In this document: one piece after another, positions 26,436 to 35,800 of the stretch
Layout: each line of letters begins with the position of its first letter
Position numbering within the stretch: position 1 is the stretch's first letter
Source: an uncultured bacterium
GTDB taxonomy: Bacteria; Chlamydiota; Chlamydiia; Chlamydiales; VFKH01
Length of the DNA: 64,000 nt
Reading direction: 5' to 3'
Assembly (NCBI GenBank): GCA_964596685.1
Contig: CAZQVA010000007.1
Location: 11,026-75,025, forward strand
The notes under the pieces: generated by a model
Databases searched by the model: none
What the model saw: the letters and a program-made list of their open reading frames with translations, nothing else
What the model was told of the DNA's origin: nothing
Position numbers and translations under genes: made by a program

Positions 26436-26601
26436 TATACCCATTCCATCTGAAGAATTGGATTTTAGGCCGAAGAAAAAGCTCTCGCGATCGAGGCAGA
26501 AAAAAAAGGCCTCATATTACTAATATGGGGGCTTTTTTTCTGCCTCGAGCTCGGAGGATTTTCTCGGCCTAAAATCCAATTCTCTAGGTGGAATGGGTAT
26601 A
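26436..26601. mobile_element. Family-A palindromic element, copy A3 (opposite arm order to A1/A2)
   Basis: 166 bp with termini TATACCCATTCCATCTGAAGAATTGG ... CCAATTCTCTAGGTGGAATGGGTATA. Ends 18 nt downstream of the minus-strand ahpC stop. Confidence 0.85.
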
Positions 26602-26619
26602 GGCCCTCTTGAAATCACT

Positions 26620-27201
26620 CTACTGGAAATATTCTCTTACGCCAGCGGTTGTAGGCTTCATTCGTTTCTCGCCAGCTTTCCAGTTTGCGGGGCATACTTC
26701 CCCGTATTTTTCAAAATCGGAAAGAGCATCTAGAATACGTAAAGCCTCATCAACCGATCTTCCCAGCGGTAGATCATTGACTAACTGGTGACGCACTATG
26801 CGGTTGCGATCAATGAGAAACAACCCTCTTAAGGCTACACCAGAATCTTCCAATAATACGCCATAAGATCTAGCGATCTCTTTATTGAGATCCGCCAGCA
26901 ACGGATACTGGACCCCTTGAATTCCGCCCTTCTCTTTAGGAGTTGCCAACCATGCAAGATGCGTATATGGGCTATCTACAGAACATCCAATCACTTGGGT
27001 TCCTCGCTCTTCAAAAGCATGTAAACGCTCTTGAAAGGCATGCAATTCTGTCGGACAGACAAACGTAAAATCTAAAGGATAAAAAAAGAGAAGAATGTTT
27101 TTATTTTCACAGTGATTCAGATCGAAGTTATCGATCACTTGCTCACCATGAACGGCCTGACAAGAAAAAGCGGGCGCCTTCCTTCCAACTAAAACAGCCA
27201 T
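26620..27201 (-). CDS. ahpC: 2-Cys peroxiredoxin (AhpC/Tsa family)
   Basis: Peroxidatic Cys in FYPLDFTFVCPTE and resolving Cys in EVCPANW. I chose ATG 27201, which has AAGGTGG upstream. The ORF track uses TTG 27216. Confidence 0.9.
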   Translation of the reverse strand: MAVLVGRKAPAFSCQAVHGEQVIDNFDLNHCENKNILLFFYPLDFTFVCPTELHAFQERLHAFEERGTQVIGCSVDSPYTHLAWLATPKEKGGIQGVQYPLLADLNKEIARSYGVLLEDSGVALRGLFLIDRNRIVRHQLVNDLPLGRSVDEALRILDALSDFEKYGEVCPANWKAGEKRMKPTTAGVREYFQ

Positions 27202-27227
27202 GGACACCACCTTCAAAAAAAAAGAAA

Positions 27228-27301
27228 TGCACCGGAGAGGATTCGAACCACTAACCGCCCGGTTCGTAGCCGGGTACTCTATCCAATTGAGCTACCAGTG
27301 C
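27228..27301 (-). tRNA. tRNA-Arg (anticodon ACG)
   Basis: The reverse complement GCACTGGTAGCTCAATTGGATAGAGTACCCGGCTACGAACCGGGCGGTTAGTGGTTCGAATCCTCTCCGGTGCA folds as a cloverleaf with anticodon loop CTACGAA. Close to E. coli tRNA-Arg(ACG). No encoded CCA. Confidence 0.9.
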
Positions 27302-27342
27302 ATCGGGCCACTATTATAGCCAGCTGCCCTTTTTTTGCAAAC

Positions 27343-27386
27343 ACAAAAAAAAACATAAGTTCGACTTTAAAGTCGAACTTATGTTT
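27343..27386 (-). terminator. intrinsic terminator of glyQS (perfect 18-bp palindrome plus U-run)
   Basis: AAACATAAGTTCGACTTT/AAAGTCGAACTTATGTTT at 27351-27386 overlaps the glyQS stop by 1 nt. On the minus strand it is followed by a run of T (27343-27350). Confidence 0.75.
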
Positions 27387-28777
27387 TATACAAAATCCTT
27401 GTGGATCATTTGCATAATGGCACCCTTCAAGTCACTAAGCGCTACGCGGTGTTGCTTCATTGTATCTCTATGGCGCAGCGTGACTGTACCTTGTTCTAAA
27501 GTATCGTAATCCACTGTTAAACAAATCGGTGTGCCAATTTCGTCGTGGCGACGGTAGCGCTTACCAATTGCTCCTGCAACATCAAAATCTACCACCCAAT
27601 CTTGTTGCAATTCTTCAAAAATGGTGTTTGCCTGGGCTACTAACTCCTCTTTCTTCATCAAAGGGAATACCGCAATTGTGTAAGGAGCAACGCGAGGATG
27701 CAAATGCAATACTGTACGCGTGTCACCACCCTCCAGCATCTCTTCTTCATAGGCATCACACAGAAGCGCTAAAATTGTACGATCAAGACCAAAAGTAGGC
27801 TCGATCACATGAGGAACAAATCTCTCTCCTGTTTTAGGATCAAGGTACTCTAATCTCTCACCCGAATGCTCTGCGTGACGTTTCAGATCAAAATCTGTGC
27901 GATATGCCAAGCCATATAATTCACTACAACCAAAAGGGAATTCGTAGTGTATATCCACGGTACGCTTAGAATAATGTGAAAGTTTCTCTTTAGGGTGTTC
28001 GTGTAGTTTGAGATGATTGGAGTCAAGACCAATGAACTGGCACCATTCCTGCATAGATTTTAGCCATTGTTCAAATAGCAGTTCCCACTGACTTTCATGA
28101 ATAAAGTACTCAATTTCCATTTGTTCAAATTCAATTTGACGAAAGAGGAAATTGCCTGGTGTGATTTCATTGCGGAAAGCTTTACCAATTTGTGCAACAC
28201 CAAAAGGCACGTGTACGCGCATCGTATCAACGATGTTTTTAAAATCTAAAAAGATGGCTTGTGCTGTTTCTGGACGCAGATAGATCAGATCTTGTGCTCC
28301 CGCTTCAGCAACCTTGCTCAATTGTGTAGCAAACATCAAGTTGAAGTGCCGCGCAGCCGTCCAATCGAATCCTTTGCATTTCGGGCAACGAATCTGTTTT
28401 TCTAAGATAAGCGCTGTCATCTCCTCACAAGACTTACCTTCTACATCCACTCCAATCGCCTCTTCAATGAGATGGTCGACGCGCAAACGCGCTTTACAAG
28501 CCTTACAATCAATTAGTGCATCACTAAAGCCATCGACATGACCAGAAGCCTTCCATGTTTTTGGATGTAAAAAAATAGGGCCATCGAGAGCAAGCATATC
28601 TTTGCGTTGATGAATAAAACGCTTCCACCACAATTCTTTGACGCGACGTTTCATCTCTGCGCCCAATGGACCATAGCTATAGGTGTTTGCAAAACCACCA
28701 TAAATTTCAGAACCAGGGAAAATGAACCCACGACGCTTACAAAGCGCGACGACCGATTTTAGATCTGCTGCACTCAT
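27386..28777 (-). CDS. glyQS: glycyl-tRNA synthetase, homodimeric (alpha2, class IIa) type
   Basis: 463 aa from MSAADLKSVVALCKRRGFIFPGSEIYGG, with class II motifs (YLRPETAQ, FRNEITP, GLDR). The ORF-track start at 28834 adds 19 unlikely residues. Confidence 0.9.
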   Translation of the reverse strand: MSAADLKSVVALCKRRGFIFPGSEIYGGFANTYSYGPLGAEMKRRVKELWWKRFIHQRKDMLALDGPIFLHPKTWKASGHVDGFSDALIDCKACKARLRVDHLIEEAIGVDVEGKSCEEMTALILEKQIRCPKCKGFDWTAARHFNLMFATQLSKVAEAGAQDLIYLRPETAQAIFLDFKNIVDTMRVHVPFGVAQIGKAFRNEITPGNFLFRQIEFEQMEIEYFIHESQWELLFEQWLKSMQEWCQFIGLDSNHLKLHEHPKEKLSHYSKRTVDIHYEFPFGCSELYGLAYRTDFDLKRHAEHSGERLEYLDPKTGERFVPHVIEPTFGLDRTILALLCDAYEEEMLEGGDTRTVLHLHPRVAPYTIAVFPLMKKEELVAQANTIFEELQQDWVVDFDVAGAIGKRYRRHDEIGTPICLTVDYDTLEQGTVTLRHRDTMKQHRVALSDLKGAIMQMIHKDFV

Positions 28778-28878
28778 GATATCTCCATCCAATTTAAGGA
28801 GCGCAATAATACGAAAAAATTCGATAAAACGCAAATTTTGCTTGAAGATGGTAGATTAAAAAATTAATCTAAAAGTAT

Positions 28879-29475
28879 ATGAAGACTTTTTTACTTTGCC
28901 TCCTTGCTCCATTATTCTGTTTATCTGCACTACAAGCAGAAGAGCCCTCTTTGCGGTTGAGGGAACTGCCCGAATTTATTAAAGACCAACATACCAATGA
29001 ATGGTTAGCCCCTCCTCTCGGCAAAAACCTCTCCCCTGCCCTTGCATGGACCCATCCTCCTCTCAACACAAAAAGCTTTACGCTGATCATGGAAAGTTCC
29101 GATGGCACAACATGCTACTGGGCCCTCGCTCGCCTTCCTTGTGGCATTAATGAATTGAAAGAGGGTATTTCAAAAAGTAATTTTTTGATCAACGGAGGGA
29201 TGCAAGGTGCTAATAGCACAGGGTCTATCGGATATCAAGGTCCAAAAGCCGCTGAAGATAAGGTACAGCACATTAATCTGACGCTTTATGCATTAGATAT
29301 CTTCCCCACTTTACACATTGGTTTTTCATGTAAAGAAATCAAAGAAATTATGGAAGGACATATCTTAGCTAGTGCAACACTTGAATTTATTGTAGATGGC
29401 TCTGGACGTATGAATCTTGAACCACTCCCCTTTCAGGAGGTTTATGATGAAGTTTCTTCAACTGAACATTTATAA
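28879..29475 (+). CDS. secreted PEBP/YbhB-family protein (divergent)
   Basis: Signal peptide, then NLSPALAWTHPPLNTKSFTLIM and GYQGP...HINLTLYALD, resembling YbhB/YbcL. The usual DPDAP and GPCPP motifs are altered. Confidence 0.5.
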   Translation: MKTFLLCLLAPLFCLSALQAEEPSLRLRELPEFIKDQHTNEWLAPPLGKNLSPALAWTHPPLNTKSFTLIMESSDGTTCYWALARLPCGINELKEGISKSNFLINGGMQGANSTGSIGYQGPKAAEDKVQHINLTLYALDIFPTLHIGFSCKEIKEIMEGHILASATLEFIVDGSGRMNLEPLPFQEVYDEVSSTEHL

Positions 29476-30363
29476 GGGCCGCTGCCTCAAAGAGCTGATT
29501 GCCTACATCAATAAAGAACAATTTGATTTACTTCACTTGCAAGAAGTGACAAGCGGTGTGTTAAGCTTTGCAGATGACACTTTCGAGACATTAAAGCGCG
29601 CCACTGGGCTTCATGGGACTTTGGTCATGGATTCAAAAGTCGATCAACAAGCAAATAGTTATACCCATCCCACCTGAAGAATTGGATTTTAGGCCGAAGA
29701 AAAAGCTTCCGCGATCGCGCCAGAAAAAAAGTCTCCATATTACTAATATGAGGACTTTTTTTCTGACTCGAGCCCGGGGCTTTCTCTTTAGTCTAAAATC
29801 CAATTCTTCAGGTGGGATGGGTATACATAGGAAATGCCACTTTATACCGCCCCCAATGGGTCTACTTAGACCATCATTTCATGCGTTTTCAGCCAGCAGA
29901 AATCATTTCCTATCCGGACACCAAAGATCCTAGTTTACACACTAGATCTGCCATTTTCATTAAATTTAAAACACCCAAAGAGGTATTTTGGAGCATTAAC
30001 ACCCATCTTGCCTGGGGGCCCACTCCACTTGATGAACCTTATAAAGTTAAAGAAGCTACCCTTCTTTCTGAAAAAATCATCACTTTAGACGCCCCTTTTA
30101 TCCTTTCTGGTGATTTCAATGTCACCAGAGAAACACAAACGGCTCATTTACTTGAGCAACATGGCTTTAGCCTAACGCGGCAGCACCAAATACCCAACAC
30201 TCTCAACCCAACTATTCACCGCAGCAAGCATCTTTTTCCAAAGGGTCTAGCTGTCGACTACTTAATTGTTCATCCTTCATTACACTGCGGAGGGTTTACC
30301 TGTGTCACCGAGCCTTCTCTCTCCGACCATTTCGCACTACGCGCCAATTTTAACGATTTATAA
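29444..30363 (+). pseudogene. endonuclease/exonuclease/phosphatase (EEP) family gene interrupted by repeat A4
   Basis: The N-terminal part (MMKFLQLNIY...LLHLQEV, strong AGGAGG RBS) stops at a TGA inside the repeat. The C-terminal part (INTHLAW, ILSGDFNV, SLSDHFAL) resumes in another frame right after the repeat. Removing 164 or 167 nt joins them in frame. Confidence 0.8.
29660..29825. mobile_element. Family-A palindromic element, copy A4, inserted in the EEP gene
   Basis: 166 bp with termini TATACCCATCCCACCTGAAGAATTGG ... CCAATTCTTCAGGTGGGATGGGTATA. ATAG lies next to both ends (29655-29658 and 29827-29830). Confidence 0.85.
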
Positions 30364-30916
30364 AATCCCATAGTGTCTGCACGCTCTTTTCAACACGACG
30401 GATCATTTTTGGATCCTTGAGATGTCCCTGCTCATCAAAGGCCTCATACGCATTTGCTAGTGTCACGAGAGAGGGAAGAACTAAAATGCCATTGATTTGT
30501 AAAATATCGCGCAGATGATGCAGACCACGCACGCCCCCAAAAGGCGATGGAGAAGCGCTCATAAGAGAGGCTGTCTTGTTGCGGAAAGCGGCTACCTCCG
30601 TTTCACCTTGAACCGGACGAGAAACCCAATCGAGCAAATTTTTGAATGGACCTGCAACGGAGCTATTATACTCAGGTACGGCAAATAAAAAGGCGTCATG
30701 TTCGCTGAAAATGGTTTTTAATTTTATCACATTTTCTGGCAACCCCACTGCCTCAATGTCACCATTATAAACTGGAACTTGCAAATCTTCCATAGCCACA
30801 TGCGTTATGGGCAATCCTTTAATCTTTGCATACTCAAGCGCGTTATTAAGTAATTTTTTGTTTACCGAATCACGCCGCATGCTGCCAGCAATTGCCAATA
30901 TTTTTTTACCACTCAT
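30350..30916 (-). CDS. NAD(P)H-dependent FMN reductase family protein
   Basis: 188 aa. KILAIAGSMRRDSVNKKLL and FAVPEYNSSVAGPFKNLLDW are typical of the FMN_red (ChrR/YieF) family. Its 3' end overlaps the EEP gene by 14 nt. Confidence 0.75.
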   Translation of the reverse strand: MSGKKILAIAGSMRRDSVNKKLLNNALEYAKIKGLPITHVAMEDLQVPVYNGDIEAVGLPENVIKLKTIFSEHDAFLFAVPEYNSSVAGPFKNLLDWVSRPVQGETEVAAFRNKTASLMSASPSPFGGVRGLHHLRDILQINGILVLPSLVTLANAYEAFDEQGHLKDPKMIRRVEKSVQTLWDFINR

Positions 30917-31040
30917 AATTACCTCCTTAATCGATTGTGGTGGAATTTTATCCCAGATTGAGCCGTTTTAAGTTCTATAGTCTCTTAAGCCATGCTTAAA
31001 ATGTGATCTGTGAAAGATAGTCATGGTGCACACACCAAAG

Positions 31041-31063
31041 GTTGATTTAAAGTCGAACTCACC
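31041..31063. repeat. Family-F 22-nt motif, solo copy abutting the recJ stop
   Basis: GTTGATTTAAAGTCGAACTCACC. The same motif occurs at 18821 and 57788. Confidence 0.7.
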
Positions 31064-32854
31064 TCAACCCTTTCTTTCGTCCGATCGAGCGGCAGCACGC
31101 ACAGCTGCAGGCTCATTCAACAGGCGAAAATCTCTTAACACTAACTGAATGCTCAATTTATTTTGAAACTTATTAATCACCGGGGTAAAGAGAATGCGTA
31201 GCCAAAGGTTGCGTTTCTTCAACTCCTCGACGCGATCTGCCATCCCAAAAGCAATTCCCTCCAATAAGCGATCGTTTTGTTCTAGATATAGCTTTAAATG
31301 CGATTTACCCACCTGCCTAGCAGGCCATACTTGACGCGCATCACAATAAAAAATGGGTGGTGCGTTATCGTTTCCATACGGCTCCAAGAGGGCCAGGGAT
31401 TCCATGAAATCGAATGTTAATTCGCAAAAATCCACTTTCGCATCAATGTTGATCTTAGTTGTTAAATCTTCATCTTTTAATGAACGATTGGCGATTTCTA
31501 GAAAGCGCTGTTTAAATTCACTAATACGCGAGTTATGAATCGTTAAGCCAGCAGCAAAATCATGCCCGCCAAAATTAATTAACAACTGAGCGTGTTCTTT
31601 GAGGGCAGGCAAAAGAGGGAATTCGCGTATTGTACGCGCAGACCCCTTACCAAGCTGCTTATCTACTGCAATCATAATAGTTGGTCGATTGTACTGCTTT
31701 GCAATGCGCGCAGTAACAATTGGAATCACCCCTGAATGCCATTGATCGGAATGGATAATGATTGCTTTTTCCTTCAGGATCTCAGGATGATCGCGGATAT
31801 AATCCTCAACACTCTCTGAAACCTGCTGTTCTATTTTTTGTCTCGCCGTGTTATAAAGATCCAACTCTTTTGCCAGTTGCTGAGCCTCATTTGAATCGCG
31901 AATAAGAAGCAATTCCACCCCTTTGCGAGGCTCCGCTACTCGTCCTAGGCTGTTAAGCCGAGGAGCGATTTTGGAAGCAATATCTCCTGCGCTCAACTCA
32001 CTAAGCTCGAGGCCACACACTGACACAAGTCGAATTAACCCTACACGCGGCGTACGTCGCAATTGACGCAGCCCATACCGCACCAAAATACGATTCTCAC
32101 TTTGCAGTGCGCCCATATCCGCAATTGTACCTAAAGCAACTAAGTCCAAATACCCCTGTAAATCAATCTTATAGTGATCGGGATCGACAGCAGAGAGGTG
32201 GTTGGTAATTGCATGCACTAGCTTAAAAGCGACTCCTACCCCTGTCAACTCGCGATTAGGATAGGGACTTCCTACAAGCTTCGGATTGAGTGTCGCAATA
32301 CAGTGAGGAATAGCATTCGTAGGCTCATGATGATCCGTCACTATAACATCGACATGATTAGCAACAATTTCCTCAATTTCTTTTGCTGCAGTAATTCCAC
32401 AATCAACAGTGATCATGAGACGGCATTGGTTGTGAATCGCATATTGCAAGGCATCTAATAAGACACTTTGCTTCAATGATGTTCGATTCGGTACATAGAA
32501 ATGCACAGTAGCTCCTAACTGACGCAAAAAATCAGTTAATAATGCTGTGCCAGTCATGCCATCGACATCATTATCTCCATACACTAAAATCGCTTCTTGC
32601 CGTTGGAGTGCTTCTTCAATACGACAAACTGCACGATCCATCTCCGCAAATAATTGCGGGTCAAAAAGATCGGGCAAAGTTGCATATAGGAAATCATGGA
32701 TCTCTTGATGATCCACAATTCCTCTAGAGATGAAAAATTGTCCTAAAATGGGCGATAAATGAAAATCGCCCATAATCTGCGACTGAAGCGCCGGGTTTTC
32801 TACGGGGTAAATCCACCGCGCCGAATCGGTTCTCGGCTTGTCTACACGCTTCAT
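31064..32854 (-). CDS. recJ: single-stranded-DNA-specific exonuclease RecJ
   Basis: 596 aa with DHH-family motifs YGDNDVDGMTG, VDCG, VTDHHEP, and a DHHA1 region GGHDFAAG. Confidence 0.9.
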   Translation of the reverse strand: MKRVDKPRTDSARWIYPVENPALQSQIMGDFHLSPILGQFFISRGIVDHQEIHDFLYATLPDLFDPQLFAEMDRAVCRIEEALQRQEAILVYGDNDVDGMTGTALLTDFLRQLGATVHFYVPNRTSLKQSVLLDALQYAIHNQCRLMITVDCGITAAKEIEEIVANHVDVIVTDHHEPTNAIPHCIATLNPKLVGSPYPNRELTGVGVAFKLVHAITNHLSAVDPDHYKIDLQGYLDLVALGTIADMGALQSENRILVRYGLRQLRRTPRVGLIRLVSVCGLELSELSAGDIASKIAPRLNSLGRVAEPRKGVELLLIRDSNEAQQLAKELDLYNTARQKIEQQVSESVEDYIRDHPEILKEKAIIIHSDQWHSGVIPIVTARIAKQYNRPTIMIAVDKQLGKGSARTIREFPLLPALKEHAQLLINFGGHDFAAGLTIHNSRISEFKQRFLEIANRSLKDEDLTTKINIDAKVDFCELTFDFMESLALLEPYGNDNAPPIFYCDARQVWPARQVGKSHLKLYLEQNDRLLEGIAFGMADRVEELKKRNLWLRILFTPVINKFQNKLSIQLVLRDFRLLNEPAAVRAAARSDERKG

Positions 32855-32860
32855 GCTTCA

Positions 32861-35800
32861 CTACTTAATAACCCGTAATGACGGATTAGAGGATTTAGTT
32901 TCTTGTTTACTTTCTTCTTTATTGTGGAAGTAGAGCAGAAGCGGTGCTGCCACAAAAAGGGAGGAAAGTGTACCGACCACAACCCCTAAGGTCATAACCA
33001 AAGAGAAGTCGAATATTGAACGTCCACCAAGAACTAGAAGTGCAATCAGCACGACTAATGTAGTTCCTGAAGTCATCAATGTGCGGCTCAAAGTTGCATT
33101 TAAAGCATGGTTGATCAATGTCTTAAAGTTAGTGCTATGTTTTGCTCGCACATCTTCGCGAATGCGGTCGAAGATAATGATCGTATCATTAAGAGAGTAT
33201 CCAATGATTGTCATTAAAGCAGCAATGACATTGAGATCGATCTGTACATCGACTCCAAAGAGACGAATGAGTGTAAAGATCGCCATCGCAATGACTAAGT
33301 CATAGACAATCCCTAAAAGAGCACTAATCGCATACTTAAATTCAAAGCGAATGGTGATATAAATTAAAATTGCCAACATCGCCAAGAATAATCCCAGCAA
33401 TGCCTGATTGCGCATTGTTTCGGAAAACTGTCCACTTACAGCACTCCATTGTTGATCCAATTGCGCTAACTGGTGGCTCTTAATTGTTAATCCATTCTCT
33501 TGTAAAGCATGCACCACCCAACCGATGCGTGGATTATTCTCATAAGAATACGTCACATCATCAGCATCATTCTCAAGCGGCATATCCGCAAAAGGATGCC
33601 CTGCATCATTCATATTGTGGCTGAACTGCATGCGCAGGGTACTGCCCGCCCCTGTACTACGAATTTGGAAATCTCTATCAGAAGCTCCCGCTTTTACAAA
33701 GGCTTCGCGAGCGGCAGCAACGTAATTGCCCCCCTGCTTTTCCTCTAAGTCTACAGTTAGGGTATACCCACCTTGGAAGTCCATGCCGATAAGACTACTT
33801 CCTTCGCGCCAAACAGCCAATAGGCCCAAAACAACAATCACTAAGGAAACAACGACAGTGATACGCGTTTTATTCATAAAGGAGAAATTAGGCTTATCGA
33901 TCCACTTGGCCATCGATAATTTCTTATGCTTTGGATTTTGTACCCAACCTGCAAAGAAGTATCTCGTCATGAAAAGAGAGGTGAACATGGATGTCACAAT
34001 ACCGACAATCAGCGTCACTGCGAATCCCTTTACTGGCCCTGAATCAAATTGCATTAAAATCAAAGCCGCAATGATGGTTGTCAGGTTAGAATCAACAATC
34101 GCAGTAAAGGCTTTTCTGTAGCCTGCTTGTACCGATGAAGGCAATTTATGCGTACGTGCAAATTCTTCTCGAATACGCTCGAATACAAGCACGTTGGCAT
34201 CTACCGCCATACCGATTGTTAAAATGATCCCTGCAATACCTGGGAGTGTTAGAGCCGCATCAATGTTCTGCAATACTCCCCACATGATCAACAAGTTAAA
34301 GAGCACAGCAATCGAAGCAACAAACCCTGCAAATCGATAGTAAGCAATCATCACAACGATGACTAAGAGTGTTCCAACGAGTGCAGCAAGCATGCCATAC
34401 ATACGCTCTTGCTTACCAAGTTCAGGACTAATGTTTTCTTCAGAAAGAATTGTAGGAGTAAAACTCAAAGCTCCTGCCTTCAAATCCGCGGCTAATTCAT
34501 TCACTTCACTTTGCGTAAAGTGCCCGGTAATCATGGCATGGTCACGCAATGGAGCATTGAGTGTTGGTGCATTGATGACATTGCCATTCAACACAACTGC
34601 CATACGCCAACCAGCACCACCTGAATAGTTTTCATTAACGGTGCCTACGATCTTCTCTTGAGCAAACTGCGAAGTCCACGCAAAGAATTGGTCGCGATAA
34701 TTCACATTCTGACCATCTGCATTTTGACCACTTCCACGCACGCTAAAGGACAACATGTTTCCTTTTGCTTGGTCATAACCTACTTGAATGTTTTCAAGAT
34801 TAGCCCCTTCTAGAGCGTAGTTATAAAATACGATCATCAAAGGATGACTCTGTCCATGCCACTCAGAAAAATCATCGCCACGCAGACGTGTGATCATCGA
34901 CAAGGTGTCATCAAAAACTCCAGTTTGTGGATCAAGAGAAAGATTGGCCAAACGCAAACCCTGCTCTTTAAGAGTTGCAGCGGCATCACTTTGTGGAATT
35001 TCTTCTTGAAGAGGATTGTCAGATCCCCCCATATGTCTCCAAGCAATCTGATGAATGCTTAAGGCATCTGTGCGATTTGTCAGCAGAGCTTCATTCCATA
35101 CTTGCTGCAAAAATTCATTCACTGATGGTGCGAGTGCTTTGTTTCCATTGCTAAATTTTTCATTTACAATATGGAAACTCATCGAGGCAGCTTGTACTAA
35201 TTCCTTCGCAGAAAGTCCTTGAGAACCTGGGAAATCGAGTACAATGAATTGATCTTGCGTGCGAATGCCGACATCAGAGACACCCAATTTATTGACACGT
35301 TGATACAATTCATTAACAGCTTGTTGCAGATCTTCTGGATTGCTTAAAAGCTTGCCACTCTTGTCTTGTAATCCTAAATGAACACTCTTTCCACCCGAAA
35401 GATCTAACCCCCATTTGAGAACTTTACGCTCATCGCCATAGAAGTATTTTTTCCAGTTGAGAACTAGATTATTAAGATAAACATTCTTTGATGGAGGGGG
35501 CACATCCATACGGGCATTGAGATCTAGATTCACCTGTGCCGCTTGATATGTATCTCTCCACTTAATTAACTCACCGTGCATCGCATCTTCAATACGATTC
35601 CACGCTAAAATGCGCTGCTGAACGTCTGTAAACTCTAAAGTAGAAAAACGTCCAGTACCATGAACAGTAAACTGTTCGCGTGTTGCATCAATAAGAGCCG
35701 CATAGTAGTTCGGTAATTCAAAAATCACATCTTTGGCGTACGTTTTACCAAAGCCGTTTTCACTCGCACTATACCCAAAAAAACCTTGTTGTTCTAATAG

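Noticed and set aside
11077-29830. A uniform target-site duplication for family A
   Set aside because: A1 shows GTTGAAC (7 bp, offset by 1 nt) and A4 shows only ATAG. A2 and A3 show none that I could see. The duplication length is therefore unresolved and I do not claim a transposition mechanism.
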